From: Archaeoglobus fulgidus DSM 4304
GTDB taxonomy: Archaea > Halobacteriota > Archaeoglobi > Archaeoglobales > Archaeoglobaceae
Direction of reading: 5' to 3'
Length of the DNA: 32,000 nt
Assembly: GCF_000008665.1 (NCBI RefSeq)
Contig: NC_000917.1
Location: 630,001-662,000, forward strand
In this document: piece by piece, positions 1 to 9,422 of the stretch
Layout: each line of letters starts with the position of its first letter
Numbering within the stretch: position 1 is the stretch's first letter
Notes under the pieces: generated by a model
What the model saw: the letters and a program-made list of their open reading frames with translations, nothing else
What the model was told of the DNA's origin: nothing
The model's database searches: none
Position numbers and translations under genes: made by a program

Positions 1-168
1 TTGCTTGTTTTGCTGCTGGTCATCAGCATAGCTCTGAACCTGCTGCTCCTAAAAAAAGTGAGAGAATTAAACAGAGAATTGCGCGAGGTCGGGGCAAGAG
101 TGAGCGTGACGAAGGAGGAGCTTACCGCAATCAGGTCGAGACTTGAGAGGATGAAGGGTGAGCTTTAA
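1..168 (+). CDS. 3' end of a gene for a small protein with a TM helix followed by a charged/coiled-coil segment (truncated by window edge)
   Basis: Frame 1 reads [55 protein letters not shown] with taa at 166-168. Not in the ORF track because it is short and truncated. Confidence 0.5.
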
Positions 169-182
169 AATCGGCGTTTGAA

Positions 183-398
183 TCAGCCGAGAACCTCAAG
201 AACTCCTTCACACATTTTTATGTTCATGAGGTAATCATCCAAGGCGGAGAGAAGAGTTCCGATTTTCTCAACCCTGACCTCTATCACGATGCGGTTATCA
301 GCCCAGCAGCTGCACCACTCGGGGTCGTCTGGCTTGAGAGCCTTCACAACAGCCTCAGGGTCTTTGGATTCTACTTCTAAGCGAGCATGGCACAGCAA
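183..398 (-). CDS. pcc1: KEOPS complex subunit Pcc1-like protein
   Basis: 71 aa; ...VVKALKPDDPEW...NRIVIEVRVEKIGTLLSALDDYLMNIKMCEGVL matches the Pcc1 family pattern; its start overlaps the 3' end of the upstream DHH gene. Confidence 0.75.
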   Translation of the reverse strand: MLCHARLEVESKDPEAVVKALKPDDPEWCSCWADNRIVIEVRVEKIGTLLSALDDYLMNIKMCEGVLEVLG

Positions 399-1693
399 AG
401 CCTGTCAACCTCCTTCAGAAACTCTTCGACTTTATCCGGCGTGATGTTCGCTCCCGCTGCAACCCTGTGCCCCCCTCCTCTTCCCCCAACCTTCTCGGCT
501 GCAAGCCTCATTACTTCCGCAAGGTCAACTCTCTCAGCCAGAGCCTCGTTAGTTCTCGCGGAAACTTTCGCGTACTCATTCTTGATGTTGACGACGATCA
601 GGGGTTTGTCTGTGAAAACGTAGCGGGAAAATATGGTCGCTATCGGACTCGCGGAGAGCCCGTTCTCCATAACCAGATACCTTATGCAGAAGCCTTCTTT
701 AACCTCATTTCTCCATTTTTTGAGCTCTTCAAGAGTCTGAATGACGTATTCGTTGTTTATCCTGATGGCTCTGTTCATCGCCTCCACGTCTCCGAGAAGC
801 ATGGCTAAGGCCGTGCTCATAGCCCCAATCCTCCCGCAGGAGTTTACAACATCGACAGCCGTAACAGCATTCTTGATGAGCAGGTTTTTCAGAATCAGCC
901 TTTTTCCAACGATTTGGCTGAATATGCCCGTGTAGGCATTCATCTTTAGAAGTCTCAGCACTATCGCGTCAGCGAGTCGCCTGATCTCCTCGTCGCTAAG
1001 CTCATCAAACTCCTTGTCTCCATCGAGCCTCGCCTTCTCAAGAAACTCCTCAAGCTCCTCCTCCTTTCCGTAGAAGTCGAGAAACGGCTCCAGGCTCTGG
1101 ACCAGCACGTCGCGCAGCTTCCCCGACGGGAGGCTCACCCCTTTTCTCTCCTCAACCACTCCAGCCTCCAAACCGTTTCTCAGAATCTCCTCGTTACCCC
1201 CAACCATCCTCTGCTTGTCTCCGAGGGCGCCGATCAAAGCTACAGATGCCAGCTCCCTGTTCCTCCCGAGCTCGTTGGCAAAGAAGTAGCATACGCCGCT
1301 TGCCGATAGTTCAAAGGTTCCGTCCATGCCCACGAGGTGGGGGTTGACGTGGGCAAGATTCCTCTTCGGCCTTATCTCCCCGTTGGGGATGTGGTGGTCT
1401 AGTATGACAACATCCGTGTCAACCTGCGAGATTAAATCAGCATAACCACTCCCCATATCGGCGAAGAGCAGAAGCTCTCCCTGCTCGTACTCAAAGGGCT
1501 CGTTCAGACCCTTCAGAAAAGTGATGTGAAAGGCCTTACCCGCCTTTAGGAGGGCTTTGGCTATGATCGCACCAGCTGAGATTCCATCTGCATCATGGTG
1601 TGTGTATATTCTGATGAAGTCGTGCCTTGCAACGAGGTCGGCAGCCCTCCTTGCCCTCTCCCTCAGCAGGTTAATTGCCGAGCCCGAACTCAT
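377..1693 (-). CDS. DHH/DHHA1 family phosphoesterase, archaeal RecJ-like single-strand exonuclease
   Basis: 438 aa; HTDADGISAG, ADMGSG, ILDHH and C-terminal GGRGGGHRVAAGANI motifs. Confidence 0.85.
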   Translation of the reverse strand: MSSGSAINLLRERARRAADLVARHDFIRIYTHHDADGISAGAIIAKALLKAGKAFHITFLKGLNEPFEYEQGELLLFADMGSGYADLISQVDTDVVILDHHIPNGEIRPKRNLAHVNPHLVGMDGTFELSASGVCYFFANELGRNRELASVALIGALGDKQRMVGGNEEILRNGLEAGVVEERKGVSLPSGKLRDVLVQSLEPFLDFYGKEEELEEFLEKARLDGDKEFDELSDEEIRRLADAIVLRLLKMNAYTGIFSQIVGKRLILKNLLIKNAVTAVDVVNSCGRIGAMSTALAMLLGDVEAMNRAIRINNEYVIQTLEELKKWRNEVKEGFCIRYLVMENGLSASPIATIFSRYVFTDKPLIVVNIKNEYAKVSARTNEALAERVDLAEVMRLAAEKVGGRGGGHRVAAGANITPDKVEEFLKEVDRLCCAMLA

Positions 1694-3080
1694 CGTGCAC
1701 TACCTTCACAGCATTAACGCCATCGCTACCGTCAACGACGAACGAAACGTTGTACTCAGAGCAGCTCTGGCTGATCATTATTACGTTTATTCCGTTCTTG
1801 CCAAGCGCTGAGAAAATCTTTCCTGCAACGCCCGGCGTTCCAGCCATTCCCGAACCAACTGCGCTCACGACCGCTATGTAGGGAATCTTTTCGACCTTTA
1901 TCACGCCGTTTTCCAAGCTTTTCAGGGCGTTGTAGGCCTTCTCCAAGTCCCGGATATCGACCACTATCGACAGATTCAGCTCTGAGGAGCTCTGAGCTAC
2001 CATAATGACGTTTACCCTCTCCTCAGCAAGTCTGCCAAAAACCTCCGACATTATCTCCGCAAAATCGAAGCCCGCACCGCTGACGTTGACTATCCCCGCC
2101 TGCGGAATGAGGCTTAAAGCCTTCACTATCTCGCTTGAATCCTTCGTTGTCGGGCCAATCACGGTTCCCGGAGCATCGGGGTTGAAGGTGTTCTTGATTC
2201 TTACTGGAATGTTCTTCCTCATCACCGGCTCCAAGGCTCTCGGGTGAAGTATCTTTGCTCCGAAGTGGGACAGCTCCATTGCCTCCTGATAGGATATCTC
2301 CGGAATCACCCTCGCATTGGGCACGTACTTGGGGTCGCAGGTCATTATTCCGTCAACTTCCTTCCACAGCCACACCTCGTCCGCGTCAAGGGCTGCGGCG
2401 AGTATTGTTGCGGTGTAGTCGCTCCCTCCTCTGCCGAGGGTTGTTATGCTGCCGTCATCCGTTGCGCCTATGAAGCCCGTAACGACGGGAATAGTTTTCT
2501 TTATCGTCAGCAAAGGCTCAAGCCTGTTTCTGATTGTTGTGTAAACCCCGGGAAGCGGCTTTGCCCTCCCAAAGTTCCTGTCCGTGATTATTCCTGCATC
2601 CCCTCCAGTGAGAGCTACAGAATCAACGCCGAGGGAAAGAAGGGCTGCTGAAAATATTGGAGCTGAGAGCCTCTCGCCGAAGGAGACTATATAGTCCTCA
2701 CTTCTCCTCGTAAGCTCGCCAAGGTAGCTGATTCCGAGGAGAACCTTTTCAAGCTCATCAAGAAGTCGCTCTACAGCTGCAATCACCTTTGCCTTGATTT
2801 CGTCGTTCCTGACCGCATACTCGATCGCCTCGTAGTGTCTCTTCATCATATCCGCGATGAACATCTTGATGAATCCGGCAGATGGTTCAGAGCAGCAGCG
2901 GTGCGCGGCCTTTAAAAGTGCATCAGTCACACCCTGCATCGCTGAGACAACGACTACAACTTCATTTCCCTCCGAGAACTTTTTAACGAGATTAGCGCAA
3001 TGGTAAATGTTTTCCCCATCTTTAACGCTCACTCCTCCGAACTTCATTACGATTCTCATCCTATTTCCTGCCCTAAGCAA
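1671..3080 (-). CDS. lysC: Aspartate kinase with C-terminal ACT domains
   Basis: 469 aa; MKFGGVSVKDGENI, TLGRGGSDYTATILAAALDADEVWLWKEVDGIMTCDP, SYQEAMELSHFGAKILHPRALEP, two ACT repeats. Confidence 0.95.
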   Translation of the reverse strand: MLRAGNRMRIVMKFGGVSVKDGENIYHCANLVKKFSEGNEVVVVVSAMQGVTDALLKAAHRCCSEPSAGFIKMFIADMMKRHYEAIEYAVRNDEIKAKVIAAVERLLDELEKVLLGISYLGELTRRSEDYIVSFGERLSAPIFSAALLSLGVDSVALTGGDAGIITDRNFGRAKPLPGVYTTIRNRLEPLLTIKKTIPVVTGFIGATDDGSITTLGRGGSDYTATILAAALDADEVWLWKEVDGIMTCDPKYVPNARVIPEISYQEAMELSHFGAKILHPRALEPVMRKNIPVRIKNTFNPDAPGTVIGPTTKDSSEIVKALSLIPQAGIVNVSGAGFDFAEIMSEVFGRLAEERVNVIMVAQSSSELNLSIVVDIRDLEKAYNALKSLENGVIKVEKIPYIAVVSAVGSGMAGTPGVAGKIFSALGKNGINVIMISQSCSEYNVSFVVDGSDGVNAVKVVHDEFGLGN

Positions 3081-3100
3081 GAAATATAAATCTTGCTGAG

Positions 3101-3913
3101 CTATCTGGGGCTCCAGAACCTGTAAAAGAGCTTTCTACATTTTTCATAATCAAGTTTATCGACGAACCTCACCAGCTTCTGCTCGTGCGTGAAGTGGGGA
3201 TAGTCCCCATCAAAATCGGGCTCCATCTCCCTTTTTTCCAGCAGAGATGTGAATATTAAATTTCTGGCCGCAAGAAGCCTCAGGTCGTCATCCTCTTCAA
3301 AGATGAACGCTTTCAGCAATTTCTCCCCCGGATTTTCGAGGTACCTAGTTCCAAGCCTTTCAGCAATGATTTCCGGAATCCTCACACTTTCAGCATCGAG
3401 AATTTCTGCCAGCTTAATGTGGTTCATTCCAGCCTCGATGACCGCCTCATCCAAATCATCAAGTGCCTTGGCCCTCATTTCGTCCCTCAGCATTATTCTT
3501 TCAGCTTCAGCCTCGGAGAACCTCAAAACCTTTTCAACGATCTCGTCAAAGTCAGATTTCAGGAAGGACTCTGTGTAATCGATGTAGAGAGCATTGACCC
3601 TCTTCTCCATCTCCCTCACCCTCTCATCCCCCTCGCTGAAATTTTTCAGCCTCTCCACCTCTTCAAGATAGGGCTCTACCTGCATTATCTCCCTGCTCTT
3701 CAGCTCTTTCAGCATCTCGATTAGCTTTCGCGTGTAAAGGGGGAACTGCGTGCTGATTTTCCTCACGTAAAGGTCCACCGTTATTTTCCCCTCAAGAACG
3801 TCGTGAAAAAGGTCGTTTTTCGGCTCTTCGAGAACTATCACGCTGTAATTCGAGAACTCCGATTTTAAAAATTGGAGATTCTCAATCCTCGGGGATGTGT
3901 AAACCACCCTCAT
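3101..3913 (-). CDS. Conserved hypothetical protein, acidic and mostly helical
   Basis: Intact 270 aa ORF with normal coding composition, 3' end overlaps the gene next to it by 4 nt; no family recognised. Confidence 0.7.
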   Translation of the reverse strand: MRVVYTSPRIENLQFLKSEFSNYSVIVLEEPKNDLFHDVLEGKITVDLYVRKISTQFPLYTRKLIEMLKELKSREIMQVEPYLEEVERLKNFSEGDERVREMEKRVNALYIDYTESFLKSDFDEIVEKVLRFSEAEAERIMLRDEMRAKALDDLDEAVIEAGMNHIKLAEILDAESVRIPEIIAERLGTRYLENPGEKLLKAFIFEEDDDLRLLAARNLIFTSLLEKREMEPDFDGDYPHFTHEQKLVRFVDKLDYEKCRKLFYRFWSPR

Positions 3914-4692
3914 AACTTCAGGTCTTCAGCAACTATTTCCGCAACCTTCTTTCCGCTCAGCAGCATTCCGCCAAAAATCGGCCCCATTCTCGGCAGGTTA
4001 TGGACTGCTGCAACGGCCATTCCTGCAGCGTAAAGCCCTTTAACGATTTTTCCAGTCTTTTCCACGATTTCCCTCTCCGCAACTTCGGAGTAAGCGGACC
4101 TTTCGCCGACAACGGAGACTTCCAGCGGTATCTTTCTTGCAGCAACGGATATAACCTCCGCATCATGCCCGGTTGCATCCACAACAGCCCTGCTTCTCAG
4201 GAAAAGCGGGTCAACGTGCAGTCCAGAAATCTCAACCGCGCTCCACTGAATGCAAACACCCCTAACCCCAAGCGGGTCGTCCCTGAATATAACGTCCTCT
4301 ACCGAAACTCCGTGAATTATCTTTGCTCCGGCATCAATGGCCTTTGCGGCGAGCTTTGCCATGAACTCGGCAGAATCCGCAACGAGAAAGTTTCTGTGCT
4401 CGGTGTACCTGATACCAAAGTCGTCGAGGATGTCCTTCGCCTCCCTCTCCACGACGACTTTATGAAAGAGCATTCCTCCTCCGCCTATCCCACCGCCAAA
4501 ACTCAGCCTGCGCTCAAGAACGAGCGTCTTAAGGCCCTTTTCCGCAAGGTATCTCGCAGCGGTTAGCCCCGATGGCCCGGCACCAACAACAATGACGTCG
4601 GACTCCGCGTATTCGACCCATTCCTCCGAAGCGGTTTCGACTATTGCCTTTGTGATTTCTGCTTCCATAACCTCAGTAAATTTTAGCGGCAT
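3910..4692 (-). CDS. thi4: Archaeal Thi4-type thiazole (ADP-thiazole) synthase / ribose-1,5-bisphosphate isomerase-like flavoprotein
   Basis: 260 aa; [103 protein letters not shown]. Confidence 0.93.
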   Translation of the reverse strand: MPLKFTEVMEAEITKAIVETASEEWVEYAESDVIVVGAGPSGLTAARYLAEKGLKTLVLERRLSFGGGIGGGGMLFHKVVVEREAKDILDDFGIRYTEHRNFLVADSAEFMAKLAAKAIDAGAKIIHGVSVEDVIFRDDPLGVRGVCIQWSAVEISGLHVDPLFLRSRAVVDATGHDAEVISVAARKIPLEVSVVGERSAYSEVAEREIVEKTGKIVKGLYAAGMAVAAVHNLPRMGPIFGGMLLSGKKVAEIVAEDLKL

Positions 4693-4715
4693 TTATAACT
4701 TTCATCGTACCCGCT

Positions 4716-4898
4716 TTAGCCCCTCAAAAAGTAGTACATCAGCCCCACGAATCCTATGAGGCTCACGGCCAATTCCGTAGAACTTTGCGAAACGACACTT
4801 CCCAGAAGGTACATCGGGGCAAAAAGCAAGACTGGGATGAACGAGACGAGTTCTAAGAGGGCTATGGGGAGCAGCAGAGGTATCAGCACTCCTATCAT
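4716..4898 (-). CDS. Small hydrophobic (putative membrane) protein
   Basis: 60 aa ORF with two hydrophobic stretches filling a gap between genes; no homology assessed. Confidence 0.35.
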
Positions 4899-5009
4899 TG
4901 CTCAAGCTTGCTAAATTCAAATATTTAATCTTTACTGACCTCATGAGCATTATCATAACGCTTAAACCCATCGCAACCGTTTTTATCTCCGCCGATTTAA
5001 AGTTCAGGT

Positions 5010-5831
5010 GTGTCGCTGAAGGAGTTGCTCAAGGACAGGCTAAGTGAGGAGGAGCTGAAACTCGTTAGGAGGAGCTTTGAAATAATAGGAGATGTCGTAA
5101 TCATTGAGATTCCGGATGAGATAATGCACCACAGCAGGGATATTGTGGAAGCGATACTGAAAAGGCACAAGCACGTAAAAACGGTTCTGAGAAAGGTTGG
5201 TGAGGTTGATGGCGTTTACAGAGTTGCCAGATACGAGCCCATTTACGGTGAGAAAACGGAGACTGTTGTGAGGGAGCACGGTTGCAGATTTCTGGTTGAC
5301 CCAACTAAGGCTTACTACTCGGTAAAGCTTTCGGGGGAAAGGGAGAGAATTGCGAGACTTGTTGGTGAAGGGGAGAGAGTTCTGGTGATGTTCGCGGGTG
5401 TTGGGCCTTACCCGATAGTCATAGCAAAGCTCGCAAGGCCGAGAGAGGTTGTTGGGGTTGAGCTCAACCCCCACGCTGTGGAGTACTTCAGGCAAAACGT
5501 CAGGCTCAATAAGGTTGAGGGTGTTGTGAAGGTGATTGAGGGGGACGTTGAGGAAGTTGTTCCCCAACTCTCCGGGCAGTTTGACAGGGTGGTGATGCCT
5601 GCTCCCTATTCAGCGGAGAACTTCATCCACCTTCTCAGAGGTAAGGTTAGAAGGGGAGGGTTTGTTCACTACTACACCTTTGACAGCCAGAATGAGGAGA
5701 AAATTCTGCCCGAAAAGGTAAGGAGGAAGTTTGAGGATGAGGGTCTTGAGGTTGAGGTTGTGAAAATGAGGAGGTGCGGCAACTTCGCCCCCTACGTCAA
5801 CAGGTACGTGCTGGATTTGAGGGTGTTATAG
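5010..5831 (+). CDS. Trm5-like tRNA (guanine-N1)-methyltransferase / Met-10+ family SAM methyltransferase
   Basis: 273 aa, GTG start; [19 protein letters not shown] (SAM motif), [37 protein letters not shown]. Confidence 0.88.
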
Positions 5832-5876
5832 ACTTTTTATCTGCAATGTTTAAATTACGCAGGTCAAAGAGTTTTC

Positions 5877-7649
5877 ATGAAGTCTGCTTTGAAAATTCTC
5901 GCGTTGATGCTGATTCTAATCACTCCTGCCGGAGCGCAGTTCGAGAACGCTCAGAAAGCGAGCATAAAGGCCGTGGCTGTCACAAGCGGCGACCAGCCAA
6001 CGGGTGTTGTGATAAACATCTCCGTAATCGTTACACCCGGCGATGGCAGAGTTTTCGTCTCAACAACACCGTACACCGAAATAGACATGCAGGGAAGCGC
6101 TCAGCTTGCCGCAATTACTGCATGCGATTTGCTCGGTATAGACTTTACAAAATACGACTTTTTCTACATCATAGAGGCAGAAGCGCCAATTGTCGGTGGC
6201 CCCTCTGCTGGGGGTGTGTTGACGGTCGCAACGGTGGCAGCCCTCAAAAACCTAACAATAAGGGATGACGTCTACATGACCGGAATGATTTACCCGGACG
6301 GATACATCGGCCCTGTTGGAGGGCTAAAGTACAAGCTCGAAGCTGCTGCCAAAAACGGTGCCAAAATTTTCCTCATACCCCAGGGCCAGAGGATAACCTA
6401 CGTGGAAGAAAAGAAGGTCAGGAGAGTTGGAATCATCAGCTACATCGAAGTCGAATACAAAGAGCTCGATTTGGTTGAATACGGAAAGAAGCTCGGTGTG
6501 AACGTTTACGAGGTTGCCACGCTAAACGATGCACTGAAGTTTTTCACCGGTTACGAGATAAAGCAACCAGAGGGGCAGTTCAACATCGGAAGCTACTCGC
6601 AAATTCTCAAGAAGCTTGCCGACCGCATGAAAGCCTCTCTCGATGAGGTTACCGCCACCAGCGAAGATGCTGAGAAGCTGATTAAAAAGGCCGACGAGTT
6701 CTACAAAGAGGGTAAGTACTACACGGCAACCAGCACCTACTTCCAGGCGAAAATCCTCAAGAGGTACGAGGAGTACAAGAGCAAGATTGTTACAGCCCAG
6801 CAGTTTGACGAAGAGGTTGGAAAAATCCAGAACGAAATTGACCAGCTGAAGGACTACCTTGCGAAGGAGAAAATGGGCGTGAATTCCCTGCAGATCATTG
6901 CCGCTGCACAGGAGAGGGTTGCTGAGGCAGAAAACCTGCTTGAGAATGCTAAAAATGCAAAATCAGATGATGAGGCGTTACAGTATCTCGCCTACGCGAA
7001 GGAGAGGGTAGAGAGCGCCAAGGTGTGGCTGTCAATACTCCCCGATTTGAAGAACGACTACGAAATTTCCAAAGATGCTCTTAAGAGGAGAGCCGAGTTC
7101 TACGTTACGCAGGCGAGCTCGCTGCTAATTTACGCCTCATCGCTTAATGGGAACGAGTATCTGATAAACCAGGGTTTTGAGTCCCTTGACACAGCCAAAA
7201 GGCTGCTTTCCGAGGGCCTGTATGCGGGAGCGGCAGTGATGGCCCTGAACTCGATTACTGACGCGAGCCTTTCCATCGAGGTTACCTACGGCAAAATCGA
7301 TGACAAAGTAGAGGGGGCGAGGGAGGCAGCGATGGCAGCAATTTCAGAGGCTGAGAAATCGCTGTTTCCGGTGCTGCCCGCTGCGTACTTCGAGTACGCC
7401 GAGAACCTCGACAACCAGTACGCGAAACTGATGTACTACAAGCTCTCAATGAGGCTGGCAAAGCTGCTCTCGCTCATGGTGAGCTCAGGTGGGGAAAAGG
7501 AGCTTGTCCATGCAGAGTTTAACCCATACACCCACTACACACCCTCCGGAAAATCGACGATAGAGAGAATCGTCGAAACTCCCGGATTTGAGGGCTTAGC
7601 AGCAGTAACTGCAATCACAGCAGCGGCAATAGCAGCAAGACGCAGATAA
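5877..7649 (+). CDS. Secreted Lon-like (S16 family) serine protease with C-terminal PGF-CTERM-type anchor
   Basis: 590 aa; N-terminal signal peptide MKSALKILALMLILITPAGAQ; GGPSAGGVL (Ser) and GPVGGLKYKLEAAAKNGAKIFLIPQGQ (Lys) match the Lon Ser-Lys dyad regions; C-terminus ETPGFEGLAAVTAITAAAIAARRR. Confidence 0.85.
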   Translation: MKSALKILALMLILITPAGAQFENAQKASIKAVAVTSGDQPTGVVINISVIVTPGDGRVFVSTTPYTEIDMQGSAQLAAITACDLLGIDFTKYDFFYIIEAEAPIVGGPSAGGVLTVATVAALKNLTIRDDVYMTGMIYPDGYIGPVGGLKYKLEAAAKNGAKIFLIPQGQRITYVEEKKVRRVGIISYIEVEYKELDLVEYGKKLGVNVYEVATLNDALKFFTGYEIKQPEGQFNIGSYSQILKKLADRMKASLDEVTATSEDAEKLIKKADEFYKEGKYYTATSTYFQAKILKRYEEYKSKIVTAQQFDEEVGKIQNEIDQLKDYLAKEKMGVNSLQIIAAAQERVAEAENLLENAKNAKSDDEALQYLAYAKERVESAKVWLSILPDLKNDYEISKDALKRRAEFYVTQASSLLIYASSLNGNEYLINQGFESLDTAKRLLSEGLYAGAAVMALNSITDASLSIEVTYGKIDDKVEGAREAAMAAISEAEKSLFPVLPAAYFEYAENLDNQYAKLMYYKLSMRLAKLLSLMVSSGGEKELVHAEFNPYTHYTPSGKSTIERIVETPGFEGLAAVTAITAAAIAARRR

Positions 7650-8826
7650 TCCCTGCTGAGAGTGTTCCGAGGAAGTTTACAGCGGAGTTCGTCAAATATC
7701 CCTTTTTTTCAAGCGTTGCACCGAGCAAGCTGTCTATGTGAACACCCGCGAAGGCCGAAAGCGTTACTGGCAAAAGCACATCGAAGCCAATAATGCCGAG
7801 GAGGAGAGACAGCAGTGCCGTAACTATGCATCCAAAAAGTGCAGCAAACTCTCCTTTAACAGAAATTCCGCCGCTCGTGCCGGGCTCAACTCTGCTGAAG
7901 TTTGTAATCAGATACACCTTCTCCTCCGCCTTTCCGATTTCACTCGCCATGGTATCGGCAAGAGCCGCTGCAACAGCTGCAACAAAGGCTGCTGCGAAAA
8001 TTGCATCCCCCGAAACACCGAACTGAACTGCAAAGAAGAGGGGGGCAAGGCTGTTTCCGAAAACGTTTGCGTAGCCCCTTGCCCCTCCGGCCTGCTCAGC
8101 TATTCCCCTTTCCAGCTTAACGCTGTACTTGTACTTCGTTATCGCTGAGCCAAGGGCGTAAAAAAGCAGAATTACTGCGAAGAACCTTATATCTGCGAAG
8201 AGAATCAGCGTCGTGCCGACAATGGTCGCGCTCATCAATCCCGACTCGTCCGCAACCTTTGCGTAGAGGGCAAGGAGGCTCACGAAGAATGAGAGCAGGA
8301 AGGCAAAAGCCAAGCTGTATATTGAAGCTGAGGGCACGTACATCTTGAATATCGTGAAGACGGATGAGATGGCTAAGAGTAACGTGAGCCTGCGGTCCGC
8401 ATTAGTGTCAACGCTCTCAACCAGCGCTGCCGTCAGACCGCCCGATAGGGAGATGAAGAAGGTATGCGCGAGTCTGAGTTCGACACCGTTTACTGCATGA
8501 TAGCAGAGAAAGTACAAAAGAGATGCTGTTGTGTAAACCGCTATATTCCAGAGAGCGTTTTTTCTGTAGTTGTGAACGGATATGAGAAAAATTGAGGCGA
8601 AAACAACGTCCTTAGGCAGTGAGAAGCATGACAGAGCTGAAAGAATCGTTGAGAAGAGAAACGCATTAAAATAAGATTCATCTTCAGTTACATTTCTCAA
8701 TTTCAGGCTAAATCCTCTCTTTTTACCGTAGATTAACGTTAGCAAGACCAGCAATCCGAGTACAAACCTTGGATCGAGTTTTATCGCAATCAAAGCTATT
8801 GCTGCAAGCACCAAAGCTGGATGCAT
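7615..8826 (-). CDS. DUF92 family polytopic membrane protein
   Basis: 403 aa, multiple TM segments; GGARGYANVFGNSLAPLFFAV, ALADTMASEIG, ITNFSRVEPGTSGGISVKGEFAAL, ATLEKKGYLTNSAVNFLGTLSAG typical of DUF92. Confidence 0.85.
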   Translation of the reverse strand: MHPALVLAAIALIAIKLDPRFVLGLLVLLTLIYGKKRGFSLKLRNVTEDESYFNAFLFSTILSALSCFSLPKDVVFASIFLISVHNYRKNALWNIAVYTTASLLYFLCYHAVNGVELRLAHTFFISLSGGLTAALVESVDTNADRRLTLLLAISSVFTIFKMYVPSASIYSLAFAFLLSFFVSLLALYAKVADESGLMSATIVGTTLILFADIRFFAVILLFYALGSAITKYKYSVKLERGIAEQAGGARGYANVFGNSLAPLFFAVQFGVSGDAIFAAAFVAAVAAALADTMASEIGKAEEKVYLITNFSRVEPGTSGGISVKGEFAALFGCIVTALLSLLLGIIGFDVLLPVTLSAFAGVHIDSLLGATLEKKGYLTNSAVNFLGTLSAGIICVLLLLPLL

Positions 8827-8867
8827 CGGGAAAAGTTAAGTATTCCTTGCATTTAAACTTTGATGAG

Positions 8868-9422
8868 ATGCTGCTGAGAATCTACGAAAAGCTGCTCGAG
8901 AGGGAAATTCAAAAGGTTCCGAAGCACATTGTCGTTGTGACGAACAGCATAGGGGAGGGATTTCTCAACCTCGCAAAATGGTGCAGGAAGTTCGGAGTTG
9001 ATGAAATAACCATCTGCGGAAACACTCAGATTGACGAGTCCTTTTTCGATGGCTTTAAGCTCAGGATAATCAGAAACGGAAGCGTTGAGGAAAAAGATGG
9101 GCTAAAGCCCACGATAAACATTCTGACCTTCACCGGGAGAGAGGAGATAATCAACGTCGTTAGGAAGGTTGCGAAAATGGTGGAAAGGGGCGAGCTTGAG
9201 GTGGATGAGGTGGACGAAAACCTCTTTGAGAAATTTCTGACCATTAAATCTCCCCCCGACATGATTATAAAGGCGGGAAACGATATTCCCGATTTTCTTA
9301 TCTGGCAAGGCATTTATGCCGAACTGTACTTTGCGGATATTGACTGGCAAAATCTCAGATATGCAGACTTTCTCAGGATATTGAGAGAATATCAGAGGAG
9401 GGAAAGAAGGTATGGAAGATGA
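8868..9422 (+). CDS. Divergent cis-prenyltransferase (UppS/DHDDS/NgBR-family) homolog lacking the canonical catalytic motif
   Basis: From ATG at 8868: PKHIVVVTNS, WCRKFGVDEITI, FTGREEIINVVRKVAK, PPDMIIKAGNDIPDFLIWQGIYAELYFADIDW...DFLRILREYQRRERRYG aligns with UppS C-terminal motifs; MDGNxRWA is absent. Confidence 0.82.
   Translation: MLLRIYEKLLEREIQKVPKHIVVVTNSIGEGFLNLAKWCRKFGVDEITICGNTQIDESFFDGFKLRIIRNGSVEEKDGLKPTINILTFTGREEIINVVRKVAKMVERGELEVDEVDENLFEKFLTIKSPPDMIIKAGNDIPDFLIWQGIYAELYFADIDWQNLRYADFLRILREYQRRERRYGR

Noticed and set aside
4000-4566. 188 aa plus-strand ORF
   Set aside because: Antisense to thi4; shadow ORF.
5040-5567. 175 aa minus-strand ORF
   Set aside because: Antisense to the strongly supported Trm5-like gene; no family signature.
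7590-7646. gca/agc-rich stretch considered as a simple repeat
   Set aside because: Explained by the Ala-rich hydrophobic C-terminal anchor of the S16 protein; not a regular repeat.
8769-8867. N-terminal extension of the cis-prenyltransferase-like ORF (MDRVLSQSKLLLQAPKLDASGKVKYSLHLNFDE)
   Set aside because: Does not resemble the family N-terminus and overlaps the divergent DUF92 start; ATG at 8868 fits better.
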